From: Atractiella rhizophila
Lineage: Eukaryota
Direction of reading: 5' to 3'
Assembly (NCBI GenBank): GCA_021432655.1
Contig: MU271188.1
Span: 115,683 to 179,682 of the forward strand
DNA: 64,000 nucleotides
This document shows positions 35,024 to 47,766 of this stretch, piece by piece. The notes beneath the pieces were generated by a model. It was not told the origin of the DNA. It worked only from the letters and a program-made list of their open reading frames with translations, and did not search any database. Numbering within the stretch: position 1 is the first letter of the stretch; each line of letters starts with the position of its first letter. A program made the position numbers and the translations under genes.

Positions 35024-37410
35024 ATGTTGTCCCTCATTCCATTGCTCTATCTTCTTCCAAAAGCAACGCTAGCCAGCGATGCACACGCGCAGAAGCCGTT
35101 CTTCGCAGGGTCAGAAGAGGGCATCGACGCTTCCTTCCGCATAGCTCGTGCTGGGGACCACGGTGCTTGCTCATATGGAGAAGAGTGTTGGCCTTCGAAA
35201 CCTGAGTGGGAAGTGCGTTTTCTTCCCTTTCTGCTTGTCATCGCCTTTGCAGCGATTTTGAGACCTAATTCTGACTTTCATGCGCCTGTCGCGGTTTGGC
35301 ACCTCGGTGGAGAATAGGCACTCGACGCGAGCCTCAGTGGAAGAATCATCGAGTCTCTCCCTCCTGCAAGGTTTTGCCATGGGGACATTTACGATGAGGA
35401 GAAATGTGCGGAGGCGAAAGCTAACTGGGACGTGAGCGAGTGGAAAACAGTGCAAGCTGGCGGATACCCTGGTGGAGGTACCTCCCTTTTCGTTCTTTGA
35501 GCTTCCATGCTTATCAACACTCTATAGCTGACTACGGATATGGAGATGACCTCTGCACACCTCATACCCCGAAAGAGGCGCCATGTAAGTTGGGAAAGAT
35601 CCCTCCTCTCATGGCGGAGGTAGCAAGCGCAGAAGATGTTATCAAATCTTTGGCGTTTGCGAGCAAGCACAACCTCAACGTGAGGGTCAAATCTACTGGT
35701 CTGTCCTCCTCTCCCTCCTGGACGGACACACACTGACGGAAGAGCAGGCCATTCATTGTATGGTGCTTCGGCAGGAAAGGTATATTGCTCTTTTGAGTTT
35801 TATATATCCCTGCGAAAAAGACATTGATTGCATGCAATCGAATAATAGGGTGCATTTGGCATCTCGGTGCACAAGCTCAAGGTGTGTTCTCGCTCCCTTC
35901 TTGGCCGATGCCTGTTTTCATTTTGCGGCCTTATTGCTCACGTTCAATCTTCGTATCCAGGATATCCGCTTCGAAGATGACTTCCAGCTAGCTGGTTCCC
36001 TGAAGAAGGTTGGACCTGCTGTCGTCATGGGTGCCGGAGTCCAATTTATGGAGCTCTATGAGGCGGCGGATAAGGCTGGACGCGTCGTGCTTGGCGGAGG
36101 GTGTGATAGGTACCTTTGTTCTTTTGCCATCAATCCGTCACTGAAGCTGGATGCGTAATTCAGTGTGGGAGTCGCAGGCTTCACGCTTGGTGGAGGACAC
36201 TCGCGCATCTCTCCCATCTACGGTCTCGGAGTTGATCAGGTGCTCCAGTTCAACATCGTCACTCCCAACGGTCTGTACTTGACGGTGAATGAAATCACAC
36301 ATCCAGACCTTTGGTGGGCTATCAGAGGTGGAGGAGGTGGATTCGGAGTCCTCACTGAGATTGTATACAAGACCCACCCGGCTTTCGAGAACGAAGTTAT
36401 CAACAACTTTGTCATGATTGCGAGGGATGAGGAGACTTGGGAAGGGCTCATGAAAGCCTTTATGGGAATTCAACCTGTACGTCCTCCCGTTCTCCCTCCT
36501 TTCCCATCGTCTCGTATTCATTCGTTACGTGGAACAGACGATCAGGGATGCAGGCTGGTCCGATGTTGTCCTAGCCATGAAGATGCAGTACACCATGGTC
36601 GGCGCCGCTTTCAAGCCTAACGTCTCGAGCATCGAAGATGAGGAGGCTCTGTTCGCACCTGTTCAAGCCTATGCTGCTCAACACAATGTGACGGTGCTCA
36701 ACAACTTTACCGCCTATCACTCCTTCTACGAGTTGACTGTGTCGGAGCCTTTTGCCAATCAGCACTCGTTCCCTCTCAGTGTGCGTTTCACTTTCCCGCT
36801 CCTTTCTTCGCTCGACCTTTGCATTGACGGATAACGTGCAATAGTCGCTCTCTCCGCTCTCCCGTCTCGTCCCAAGACAGATCTACGAGAACACTACCTC
36901 CCTCGACCTCCTTGCCTCCTACTTCGCAAAGAACGTCCCCTACTTCACGATGATTGACGTCGCCGGAGGGGCAGTGTCCAAGAATCCTCACAGCTCTGCA
37001 CTCAACCCAGCGTGGAGGTCGGCAATCGCACACTTCCTTTGGTTCTCCAATTGGCAAGATGGCGATTCTTACGAGGATCAAGCGAAGGCGAGAGCCATTG
37101 GGGATGCTAGTCTGAGGGGATTGAGCGATCTCTTGAACCTTGACGCGTCGTACGTCAATGAGGCTAGTCCCGTGAGTTGTTCTGTTCTGTATACATCATT
37201 GAATAGGGACTGACGCGATGTGGATGGGTAGGATGATGCCCTCTGGCCTAAGTCGTGGTGGGGAGACAACTACGCTAGATTGTTAGAGGTCAAGGTACGA
37301 TTTCCATTCATTTCATTGCGCAACAGCGTTTAAGCTTGCTATAGAACGCCTACGATCCTCAACACTTGCTTAAGTGCATTGGATGTGTCGGCAGCCCTGC
37401 TAGAGCATAA
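35024..37410 (+). CDS. Secreted FAD-linked oxidoreductase (FAD_binding_4 + BBE, AA7-like)
   Basis: Signal peptide MLSLIPLLYLLPKATLA, CWPSKPEW, VRVKSTG^HS (FAD-His), GGGCD^SVGVAGFTLGGGHS (Cys for possible bicovalent FAD), DLWWAIRGGGG, YVNEA..WWGDNYARLLEVK..YDP. Confidence 0.88.
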
Positions 37411-37570
37411 ATGTATATCTCAAAAAGGGATAGTGAAGGATAGTTTGCAGTTCTTCGTACAATGAGATTCCTGGATTTCGGTGGTATTTCTTGGTTGAAC
37501 GATATGTGGGATCGTTGGCATTAAGTATATGGTGCAAAGTATCTTCATCGTGCAATAGTACATCTCAAGT

Positions 37571-38997
37571 CTACACGTCAGCTTTTGGGAGATTCTCTAA
37601 CTGAAAGAATTCTATAGCGTTCCGAGTCGTTTGCTCAGCGATCAGCTCTACATCTTCTTCATAATCTTCTGCTACCTTCTGAAGCACCCAGCCGAGCAAA
37701 CAAGGAAGATTTGTATTGTCTTTAGAGTTCCGCTCTTTCTTCGGGATTGTCTTGGGATAGAGAAAAGGGGCATCGGTTTCGATCATGAGCCGATTGAGAG
37801 GGATGAGCTTCTTCTTGACCGTATTAGAAAACTCAACCCCTCTCGTGCCGTCGCAAATCCACCCAGTGATACCAATGAAACAATCGATCGACGGATCCAG
37901 GAGCTTCTTCAGCCATGCAACTGAAGGATTGGTATAGCAATGGGCACACTTCTTGACGTCAGGAAACTCAGACAGGATGCGCAAAAAGTCTTCATATGCT
38001 CCCTTCGGCGCTTCTTCCGAATCTCGAACATGAAGAAAAACCGGAAGCTTGTGCTGACGAGCTAGGAGGAGCTGCTCTCGAAAGATGACCTGCTGGTCAG
38101 GAATGGTGGAGAACATCCGGTCATAATCTACCCCCATTTCGCCTAACGCCTTTACTGAACCAGATTTGACAGCTGCAGAGAGAGATGTGGAATATGATGT
38201 GCGCCATTCATCTATCGAGGAGTGTTTCTGCAGATCTGAAGTTGCATTGTGAGGATGAATTCCTAAAAACTCATGAGATTGGTGAGGATACCAGAGAGGC
38301 AGACTGACCAAAAGTACAAGTCAGGTTGAGCTTTGGCGATGAATGCTGTCTGCAAATATCGACCGCTGTCCGACTGTCCTTCTCGGACGTTCCAGTAATC
38401 ACAATGTGTGAAAGATGAGCAGCGGTAGCATCTCCCAGAACCGTCGGGAGCTGATTTATGAGACGTTTCGAAGTCAAGTTTGCTCCAATGTCAATGATCG
38501 CATGTTTCGGACGTAGAATGGGAGGATCCGCTGTTCCCACAATCGCTCGCTCCAAAACTATCCCGTAAAATTATTAGCAACATCTTAAGCACATATTCAC
38601 GCATACCTGTGCTCATCGCCATATTGGGCGTGATCCCTATTGATTGACCAGTGGAAGCTGGCCTTGGGCCCATTCCAGGGATGTACCGAGGTGTCGCTGT
38701 CACTGTACCGTTCTTCTCTTCAAGCACTTCAGGCTTGACAGTTGCTTCCTTGATCATGACCCGCTTGTCAGAATCGATAAAGCGTCTCCCATTCAACGAC
38801 AAGGCTCTTTGATATAGAGCTTGAGCGTCGGGTGAGGAAGGATCTTCTGAGGGTAGATGGGGAGTTATGAACCCATATGTCTTGTTCTTTAGCTCGATCG
38901 CTGACAACGAGATTTCGTGGTGCGCGAAAAAGGATTCGACTTGGGCAGAGGTTACCCCTGCAGGGAGATTACGAATGAAAAGGCGTTTGGCAGTCAT
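37571..38997 (-). CDS. N-terminal RRM fused to a TatD-family metallo-nuclease
   Basis: RNP2 LFIRNL and RNP1 KTYGFIT. A 49-nt intron (38558-38606) joins in frame to IIDIGANLT, then G^IHPH, ALGEMGVDYDR, PVFLHVR, AHCYT, IGITGWICD and MIETDAPFL. Confidence 0.85.
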
Positions 38998-40009
38998 TGT
39001 GAAGTTAGAAACAACCTATGATTTGGTAGGTGTTTTTGAGGATCGTCGAGTCGAGTCTGCTTCGAGTCACTTTGCAAACCGACCTTTGCCCACACCGCCG
39101 TGGTTGTTGAAGCGGAGACCTAGGGGAGACCGGAATGTGATGATTGAGAAACACCTAAATCCCCGTGAACCAGCGATTCTTCTCACTCGACTGAATCTGA
39201 GCTGACTTGTCTGTCTCTACTGAATGACAGTGCGGCCCAGCGCGTTCATGGCCTTATTGATCGCAGCCGTAGTTTCAGCCAGCTGGGATCAGATGCAATG
39301 CTAGAATAGAAAAACCCAGAAGCTTGAAAATGCGTTCGCATTGAGAAGAGAGGTCTTGAGAACTTGAGGCTCCAACTTGAACACAAACTGGACGTTACAT
39401 CTTCCTTATCACTTATGTCGACGCAGCTGGGCCAGGCGGGAGATGCTGCAGTAGAGGCAAACGGGGCACTAGGCAGGGAGAGTGTCTCACTTAATGTGAT
39501 TTTGGTGCTTCGCGCGCCGAAATGCCTCAACGCCTCCGCCAATTAATAGCGTGACAGTCCAGAAAGGCTGCAAAGACGTTTGTTCTTCCAAGGTCTCCAT
39601 GATCACCGTAGCTATATCACGAGCATTCCGCCCTGCGGTCACGCCTGAGGGAGCTTGAAGACTGCCGATGGCTTTATTGTGCAATCACACTGTAATGAAT
39701 CCCTTCCACCTGTAAGTGAGTCCCGACCAATTATGAAGCGAAATGAAGGAACCTTTAAATTCTCCAGATTCGCTGCCCCCGGAGACACTGGGAACCCAGT
39801 TTGTGGCGGAATGATAAGGACTGAATGGGTTGCTTCAGCGCTTCCAAGTTCGACGCCGAAGCGGTGCGAAACAAGGCTGCTCACGATGGAAACTGCTCAA
39901 TATCGATGGTGCGCACGTCTCGGCCAACCTCCGTTCGGCGTGCAATATATTCCTGAAGAGGGCAACAGAACACTCCCTCTTCCCATCATCAGCCTGCACT
40001 GCACAAAGA

Positions 40010-41386
40010 ATGAAGTCGTGGAAGGACAGCCTGGCCTTTCTAGTCTTTCGGCTATGGTTGGTGCGGGCTGTTGAGCAAAACGTAACGATCGACGATTCCA
40101 GCGCCAGCGTCAAGTATTCAACAGGGGTGAGCACAGTGACATGGAGACGATAGGCAGCGCTAACAGGGCTTCAGGCATGGTCAGTCGAAGTTGGATCACA
40201 GTATTACCAATCAACTGCCCACTTGACAAAATCGTCGGGAGGGCAAGCTGTTCTGCCTTTCAATGGTACGCTTTGATCTTCCTGCGAATCCAGCTCACCT
40301 CCTTCAGGATCGGCTGTAAGACTCTTTGGCACCAAGGCCTCCACTGCAACAAACGGCAGCTGCGCTGTTGATGGGATCGTGAAAAATTACACGGCCGTTT
40401 CGACCACAACCGAATATCAGTCTCTCCTTTGCGAATTTCTAAATCTAAGTGAAGATCACCAGCACATAATCGCTGTCACACATACTGGAAAAGACGGAAA
40501 AGCCATGGTCATTGACCGATTCATGTTCGTTCTTTGCTTCACGATTCTGCAAAGTTGATGACACATTGGAACTAGTGTTACAAGCTCAGAAAGTGGCGGA
40601 TCAAATACAGCTTCCTCCACAGTTTCCACAGCTTTACCGATTGCAACTATGACTTTCCCTAAGCAGCAAACCACAGTGAACGGTGGCATTGTTGCTGGAG
40701 CCGTCGTCTCAGGGGTTCTCCTACTGGCCACAGTTGCAACTTGGGCCTTTTGGTATCTTCGACGGCGGAGGCGCAAGATAATCCACAACTCGGCTTACTA
40801 TGGCAAATCTTCAGGAACCTCAATGGTGGAGATCACAAGTCGCTCTCGAGGTCTGACAACCCCAGCCTACACTCAGCGTCATGCTAGACGGACCACCAGC
40901 TCTGATACAATCTTCCAGCCTAAGCCCCGGCGAGCTCCGACTCCCATGAATCCACTGCGGTTCACGGGTACGAGCCCTTCAAGCGACACTCTCGTTAATC
41001 CGAACGATCGAACTTCTTTCGCTCAAGAACGGCAGCACAAGATCATAACAAAGACGAGTCCTACAGAAACCACCTCGTCCACATCTACCCCGTTCTCTGA
41101 GGACCGTAGTTGGTCTCAAGTGCCCCCTCCTCAACCAAGCTTCCCTATTGAAGAAGTTCCGTTGCCCACTTTGCCTCAAGCAGTAGGACACCGGCCTTCC
41201 GCTTCCCAGGTCTCCCTCGTCCAGTCGTCAAACCACTCTACCATTGCACATCCGAATGAATTCATCTTTCTCGTCCGGCCGCCAACCTCCAGCAGCGAAC
41301 AGCCGATGCGCTATTACGCTTCGGATCTTCCAGATAACACTGTTTCAGCCGCTCAGACATGGCGTGCATTGCCAGAGACCTATTAA
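40010..41386 (+). CDS. Type I single-pass membrane protein (signal peptide, NVTIDD..KYS extracellular domain, TM, S/T/P-rich tail)
   Basis: MKSW..LWLVRA|VEQNVTIDDSS..VKYS; TM GGIVAGAVVSGVLLLATVATWAFWYL followed by RRRRRK. Confidence 0.7.
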
Positions 41387-42176
41387 CTCGATTTGCCCAA
41401 ACCTGATAACTCTTCTCACACACATTCCTTGTTCATATATTAATCGACGTAGGGCAGGGTGGACAATTGATATATCGTGATAATGCCTCAATCGTTTCAT
41501 CTGTCCCACAGCTTAGGTATAAAAGACGTCATAAGAGATATTCAGCTGGCTGAAGATTTTACAAAGGAAAGGAAAGCGATAGTCTCTCTCCACAGGAACG
41601 ACAAATCGGGAAGGCTTAGCACGGCGCACCTAAGGGCAACGAGCACGTCCGCTCTCTTGTCCTATCCCATCGTCAATGTTCAGCGCTTTCGCCAGGCACT
41701 GGTTGTCGTGGTTGTCAACTTGGCTTCAGCGGAAAACAATGAGAGGATGCGACCATGACGAATTGGGTGAAGCGAATAATTGCAGCAATCCGAAAAGCAA
41801 ATTCCCTATGACCTTCCTCTCAAACGTGGGGGGTTGCTCATGAGCGCCCCGCAAGCAGCTAGGCTTGAGACGTGAGCAAAGCCCACTTGCCTAGTTCTCG
41901 CTTCGGGCTTGAAGGTGGAATGAATGTGGTTAAGATGAAGGTTTAAAGGAATCAGTCCTGTTCAAGTATATTTGAAGCAGGGATGGGGTGGAAACGTCAG
42001 ACTGTCACAATATTCCGACTTCTTGACTTTCCTTCTCGCCGCGGTGAGGACTCCTCAATTCAAGGGCGGCGAGAACGCGCCGACCCCGTATTGATCCCTC
42101 CTGCGCTTCCCCGGCCTCCAGCGTCCCTCCCCTTACACCCCACTTGTAGCGGGATTGCAGGTGGGAGATGTCAAAG

Positions 42177-42183
42177 TATAAAA
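42177..42183 (+). promoter_or_regulatory. TATA box
   Basis: TATAAAA about 90 nt upstream of the ATG at 42275. Confidence 0.45.
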
Positions 42184-42274
42184 GGCTGCAGACTTCGTCA
42201 ACGTTTCCCCCAGACGAAGCCATCTCATCTGCAGTCTTTCACTGTGGGTTCGAACATTATACCCCGTTAGCATC

Positions 42275-43743
42275 ATGAAGTTCACCCTTTTGCTCGCAAC
42301 TCTAGCAGCTGCCAGTCCTCTGATCACAAGGCAAGCAAGCAATATTTCCTCTCACGCTATCAGTGCTCCAGATGGAAGCATCCACGCAAGCTTTGTAGAA
42401 GTGGGAGCAGCTTTACAGCGCCTGCTCGTCAAGGACCGTTATGGGGCATGGAAAGATGTTGTCCTTGGATTTGATGACTTGGTTCGTCTTCCTTCGAGTC
42501 GAAATTCGAAAAGTAATCACCACGTCCAATGTAGGACAATTACTTCACGTATCGATCCTATTTCAACACGATTGTAGGAAGGTATGCGAATCGTCTTCAG
42601 AACGGTAAAAGCTCTCCTGAAGGAGGCACTACATGCTGATCACTACGGCTACAGGCACCTTCTCCATCCCGCCAGTAAGGAACGTGACGGACGACACGCC
42701 AGGCGTCAAGGTGTACCATATCCCCAAGAATGACCACAACATCAGGTACGTCTTTTTTCGATTGTTGGTCAGAAAGTTAATACGTCCTGACAGCACCCTT
42801 CACTCCGGTTTCGAAGGCTTCGATACTGAAGTCTGGACGTTCCTCCCCTCCGAAGCAACGTCCTCATCCGTCAGCTTCGGGTTGACGAACCCCGATGGCT
42901 TCCAAGGTTGGCCCGGAACTATCGTCGCGAAGGTGAAATACGAATTGAAGAAGAAAGGAGAGCTGACGATCAGCATCGACGCTACCGCGAAAGCCAAAAC
43001 ACCAATCATGCTAACTTCACACACATACTTCAACCTCGATGCTTATAATGAAACTGGTCTTCCTTTCTTGGACGCACACAATCTCCAACTCGCTGCTGAT
43101 CGAGTTATCGACGTCGACTCTATCCAAATCCCTACCGGTCCGTGTTATCGCTCTGCTGTGCAGTTTGTTCACTGAAGGATGCGGATCAGGCAATCTCATT
43201 GATGTCGATGATGTTCCCGCCCTTGATTTCAGAAAAGGACACCCTCTCAACACCTACATCAAGACAGGAGAGGCCGAAGGCATCTGTGGCCCTGGCTGCA
43301 ACGGGTACGTCTGTTTATTGATGGAATGTTATCCCATATCTCATGGACAAAAAGTTACGATAACGACTGGATTTACTCAAAGAATGCCAAGGACCCAAAA
43401 ACGTCTCTCTGGTCCACCAACTCGGGAATCAGGTTAGGTTCTATCTCCTCAAATACTGCATAGCTAAAATGGACAAATCAGGCTCGATATCTCCACGAAT
43501 CAAGTCGCCGGCCAAGTCTACACCTGCAACGGAATTGCGAACGATGCTTTCCCACGCAAGGCGGCTCACGGAGGTCCTGGTCTCATCTATGAGAACCAAG
43601 AGTGTGTGGCTCTCGAGCAGCAGAGCTGGATTGCCGGCGTCAATAATCCACAATGGGGAATTGACCAGATTTATGGACCGGGCACGAAGAACGGTCCAAA
43701 GTATGGCTGGAGCACGAGCTTGAAGTTTTCGACGTTCCAGTGA
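42275..43743 (+). CDS. Secreted aldose 1-epimerase (galactose mutarotase-like)
   Basis: Signal peptide MKFTLLLATLAAA, DVVLGFDD, VGRYANRLQNG, LHSGFEGFD, GFQGWPG, TPIMLTSHTYFNL, YDNDW, CVALEQQ. Confidence 0.9.
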
Positions 43744-44095
43744 GACACGGACTTTCTGAAGGAGTGTAACTGTTAAAATGCAACGAATACTTCAATTCGC
43801 GAAGCTTGTAAATGCCCTTCCTTATCATTTAGGTAGAGTAACCCTTTTTCTTGAAGTGGAGCAAGTTACAGATCTTAAGAACGAAAATGGAAAGAGGCAT
43901 TGTTGCGTTTTCTGTGCACGCCTAATTAAGAATGGGATCGTACCTTCAAACACCCAATGCCGCCAATCCAGCCAGATTCAACCATACTCAACCCTTTTGC
44001 CTCTTTCCTCGTTGTTTGAGCTGTATCACGTGATTTATTACAATGACTCACGTTCGCGCTTCAGAAGTTGTTTGTTTTCTGCGACCAAAAAAACG

Positions 44096-46014
44096 ATGAT
44101 TCTATCTGCGCCACCACCTCCAATCGCCAGCTCCAATGGCATCAGCGTGCAACCACCGGTGCAGACTTTCTCCCAGATCACGCTCTCCCCCTCCCCTGCA
44201 CCAGCGCCGGCAGGCTCCAACTCCAAACAAGTCCGGTTTCGATCTCCAGCATTGTCGACACCACTTGGGAAAGAGAAATCCAATGGATCCATCGCTAGCA
44301 TGAATGGCACGAGTGGGACAGATGAAGATTCGAATATGATCGAAGCTACTGACGCGGAGGACGACGATGAAATCGTGTTTTTGGAGCAGAGGCGGGTTGC
44401 GCTGGAAGAGGGAGATGAGGACAACGAGGAAGAGGAAGATGCGTTGCCTCAGATGCACGGTTCGCTTCTCTCCCTTTATATTGAAGTGAACTGACGCAGG
44501 TGGAACCACAGTGGAGGTCCGATTACAGCCTCAACTCTCCAACCTCATAGATGCTATCCGCCGTCTCGTTCATTTATACATCACAAACAATTTCACGACT
44601 CTCATACCCTTCTGCCTCGCACCCCAGGAGCACTGGGGAGAGATTACAATTCTTTCCAGAAACGTAGAATCCATCACCTTTTGCGAATGCCATCATCCTT
44701 CCATTCCAGCACCAGTGCATGAGGTCCAGTTGGTGATACACGTCTATCAGCCGAGTAGGGAGAAGCCCACTGCTTTAGGAGGTGAGAGGGATGATGACGA
44801 GGGTGGTGATCTCACGCTGGGACACGTTGCCGATCTACCAAACGAACAACTGGAAGGGATATGGGACAGCTTGTTTTATGGAGATGATGCCCTGAAGGAA
44901 AGGCTACTGGTGCACTTTTTCTCCTTTTCCTCCAGATTCGGCGCACTGCTAACTTTTTTAGAAATACATATACTCCACCTTCCTCTTTTCCGATAACGCC
45001 ATCAACTCCCACCTCATCTCTTGGAACCGGCTCCTCATTCTTTACGGACCTCCCGGGACTGGGAAGACCTCTCTATGTCGTGCACTAGCCCAGAAACTGT
45101 CATTGCGTCTCTCAACACGCTATGCGACCTCCAAATTAGTAGAAATCAACTCCGCGTCCATCTTTTCCAAATGGTCCGCCAGCCTCTCCCCTCATTCTTC
45201 TACCTTTGTGATCGCCTGATTTATGTTTCGGGAACAGGTTCTCAGAGTCTGGAAAACTCGTCCAACAGCTCTTTGACCACATCCAAACTCTTGCTCTCGA
45301 CGGTTCGACCTTTGTCTGTGTTCTCATCGATGAGGTAGAATCGATCGCTGCTGCCCGTTCGCAGAGTCTGGGAGGAAGCGAGCCAGGGGACGCGATGAGG
45401 GTTCGCAGTCCTTTCGCCTCTGTTAGTTGAAAGTCTTTGACTCATGGATGCGTGTTGTCATTGGGAAATAGGTAGTAAACGCGATCCTCACGCAACTGGA
45501 TCAACTCAAGACGCGTCCGAATGTCTTGGTCATGGCCACCTCGAATCTATCCAAGGCCATAGGTCTGTCATCTCCTTTCTCCCCATTCCTTCGCTCAATG
45601 AAAGAGAATATAGATCCCGCCTTCGTCGATCGAGCCGACATCAAGCAATACGTCGGTCTTCCTCCACCTAGAGCCATCTACGAAATCCTTCTCTCCTCGC
45701 TCCGCGAACTCCAACGGTGTCGTCTCATGGCGCCACACACTTTCGCTCCCTTTTCTTCCCTACCCGCCAGTTCCACAGATGAGAAAGACAGCTTGTACCT
45801 CAGCGTCCGGCTGAAGCAAGTTGCTGAGCTATGCTGCGAGAAGGGGATGAGTGCAAGGAGCTTGAGGAGGTTGCCTGTGTTGGCTCACGCGAGGGAGATT
45901 GGCGTTTATCAGATGGGGAAGAAGGGCGCGAAACCTAAAATTTGGATTGATGCGGTCGAGAAGGTGGTGAGGAACTTAGGGGAGGGAGAAGGGGGCGAAG
46001 GATTGGAGAAATAG
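44096..46014 (+). CDS. PCH2: Pachytene checkpoint AAA+ ATPase Pch2/TRIP13
   Basis: LEGIWDSL, WNRLLILYGPPGTGKTSLCRALAQKLSLRL, EINSASIFSKW^FSESGKLV, VLIDEVESIAAAR, DAMR^VVNAILTQLDQLK, AFVDRADIKQYVG. Confidence 0.93.
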
Positions 46015-46185
46015 CTGACAATGTCGGCCCATTCACAGAGTGTGATAGAGTTCCTTCGCATTACAAGGCAACAAGCAGCATAGTTGTAATTAGTAATATT
46101 TCACGTATCAAGGACCAGTCACTACACATCCCGACGTTAACAGACCATGAAGTCATCGCATAAAGCGTCCCTCCGCCACTCAAGC

Positions 46186-46759
46186 TCACATCAAAGCGAA
46201 CAATCCAGCAGCGAGAAGACCCAACACGCCTCCAACCTTCAACGTTGCAGCGCCGGACCCACCAGACTGAGTGGCAGCGGGTGCTCCAGTGCTGGTGGAA
46301 GAGGCATGGCTCGAGGTGGCGGCGGTGGCTGTGGCGCCGGTGGGGATGGCAGTGGTGTCGATGGGATTTCCGTCTATTCAAACCGTTCCATCAACATACA
46401 CCCATCCGAATCATGGGAGGCAACGCACTTTGTTGGCACACAGCTGCTCCGTAAGCGATGGCAGCCGCCAAATCGTTTCCGCAGGTAGAGACGTAACAAT
46501 TGTAGACAGCCGCTTGGAAGCTCTCGTTCGTGCACAAGCAGGTGATGTTGCTAATCCCTCCACACTTCAATTCGCAACACAGCATGCCATTCATCAATTT
46601 CTGCCCTATGACGCAAGCATGAAAAGGGAAACGTACGCTGCTCTGAGTTGCAGCTGTCGTCGTGCACGACAGGGCACAGGCAGGGATAGCCGCAGTCGTG
46701 GTAGCCTGGGGAGCTGCTACGGCGAGGGAGATGACGGAAAGGAGGGGAACGAGGAGCAT
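46186..46759 (-). CDS. Small secreted, probably GPI-anchored CFEM-domain protein
   Basis: Signal peptide, eight-Cys CFEM pattern (PACALSC..C..NITCLC..C..C..C), S/T/A stalk and a hydrophobic end GGVLGLLAAGLFALM. TATAAAA on the minus strand at 46821-46827. Confidence 0.85.
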
Positions 46760-47536
46760 CTTGTCGTTTCTTTGGGGATGAAAATTGACCTGAAAGAGGC
46801 GGAGAAAGCAAAATGAGCCCTTTTATAGGCACAACAAGCGGAGACTCTGAGGTCACAGCACGTCAGCGGGCTAACTGGGACGAAGAGACTGGGAAATGAA
46901 AACTCACCTGACCTTTTGAGCGAGAAAGCGTGACGGTGGCTGTTTTTGGACGCGATGAACCCTTTTAAGGGAGGACTTAGGGATGGACTTAGGCAGTCAA
47001 AGGGAATGTTGGAACTGAAAAGAAGTTTCAGAATTGAGGAGAAAGCGGGGGTTTACCGATTTTCTACTTTATCACGTGATATATTTACACCTCAAAGTAG
47101 GATCCGACAAGCCGAAAGTCCCAAAGCTGATTAGGACGTCAGTTGCCTTGTACAATCCTACAGGTCAAGGAGTAGCAGGAGAATGTTGCGCAATGTCGCT
47201 CAATGAACGTTTTGGATCAAGGGCATGAGAGCCCCAGGTTCTCTCCTGCATTCTCCGAGATGTCAAGAGTACCCGTCATTTTCAAGACTTAGTCAATATC
47301 ATACTGTCTCTTGCCTTCCATTGCAGACCGTACTTTGTATCGCTGGAACTTGGCTGGGACGATCGACTCAGATTTGAAAGAAGATGGACCGTTCGCATTG
47401 AACAGTGTGTTCTGTCCAAAGGTTTATTTTCAAGACACGTTTCTCCCTGAAAGCGTCGAAGGAGGAGGTGGTTTTTACAGATCTAAGATGACACAGCTTC
47501 CTGCCGTCGTTGTTCCGTTCAAAAAATATACTCAGT

Positions 47537-47609
47537 ATAGCGAAATGTTCTCACTTCATTATAGCATGATGCTACAGCGTGAAAAATACATAGCGAAATA
47601 TTCTCACTT
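47537..47609. repeat. 20-bp direct repeat (1 mismatch) upstream of the K+ transporter
   Basis: ATAGCGAAATGTTCTCACTT at 47537-47556 and ATAGCGAAATATTCTCACTT at 47590-47609. Confidence 0.7.
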
Positions 47610-47766
47610 GATCCGACCATCTGTTTTATCCGAGAGTGTAGAAGCTTAAGAGGTTGTAGGTCCTCCTCTAGCGCCCAGCGAACCCACAAAGTCGCTCTAT
47701 CGTCCTTTGTTCCCTCGCCTGCACATCTGTCGCCCTTTGTTTTTGAGCCATTTTCCTTGAACTGCG

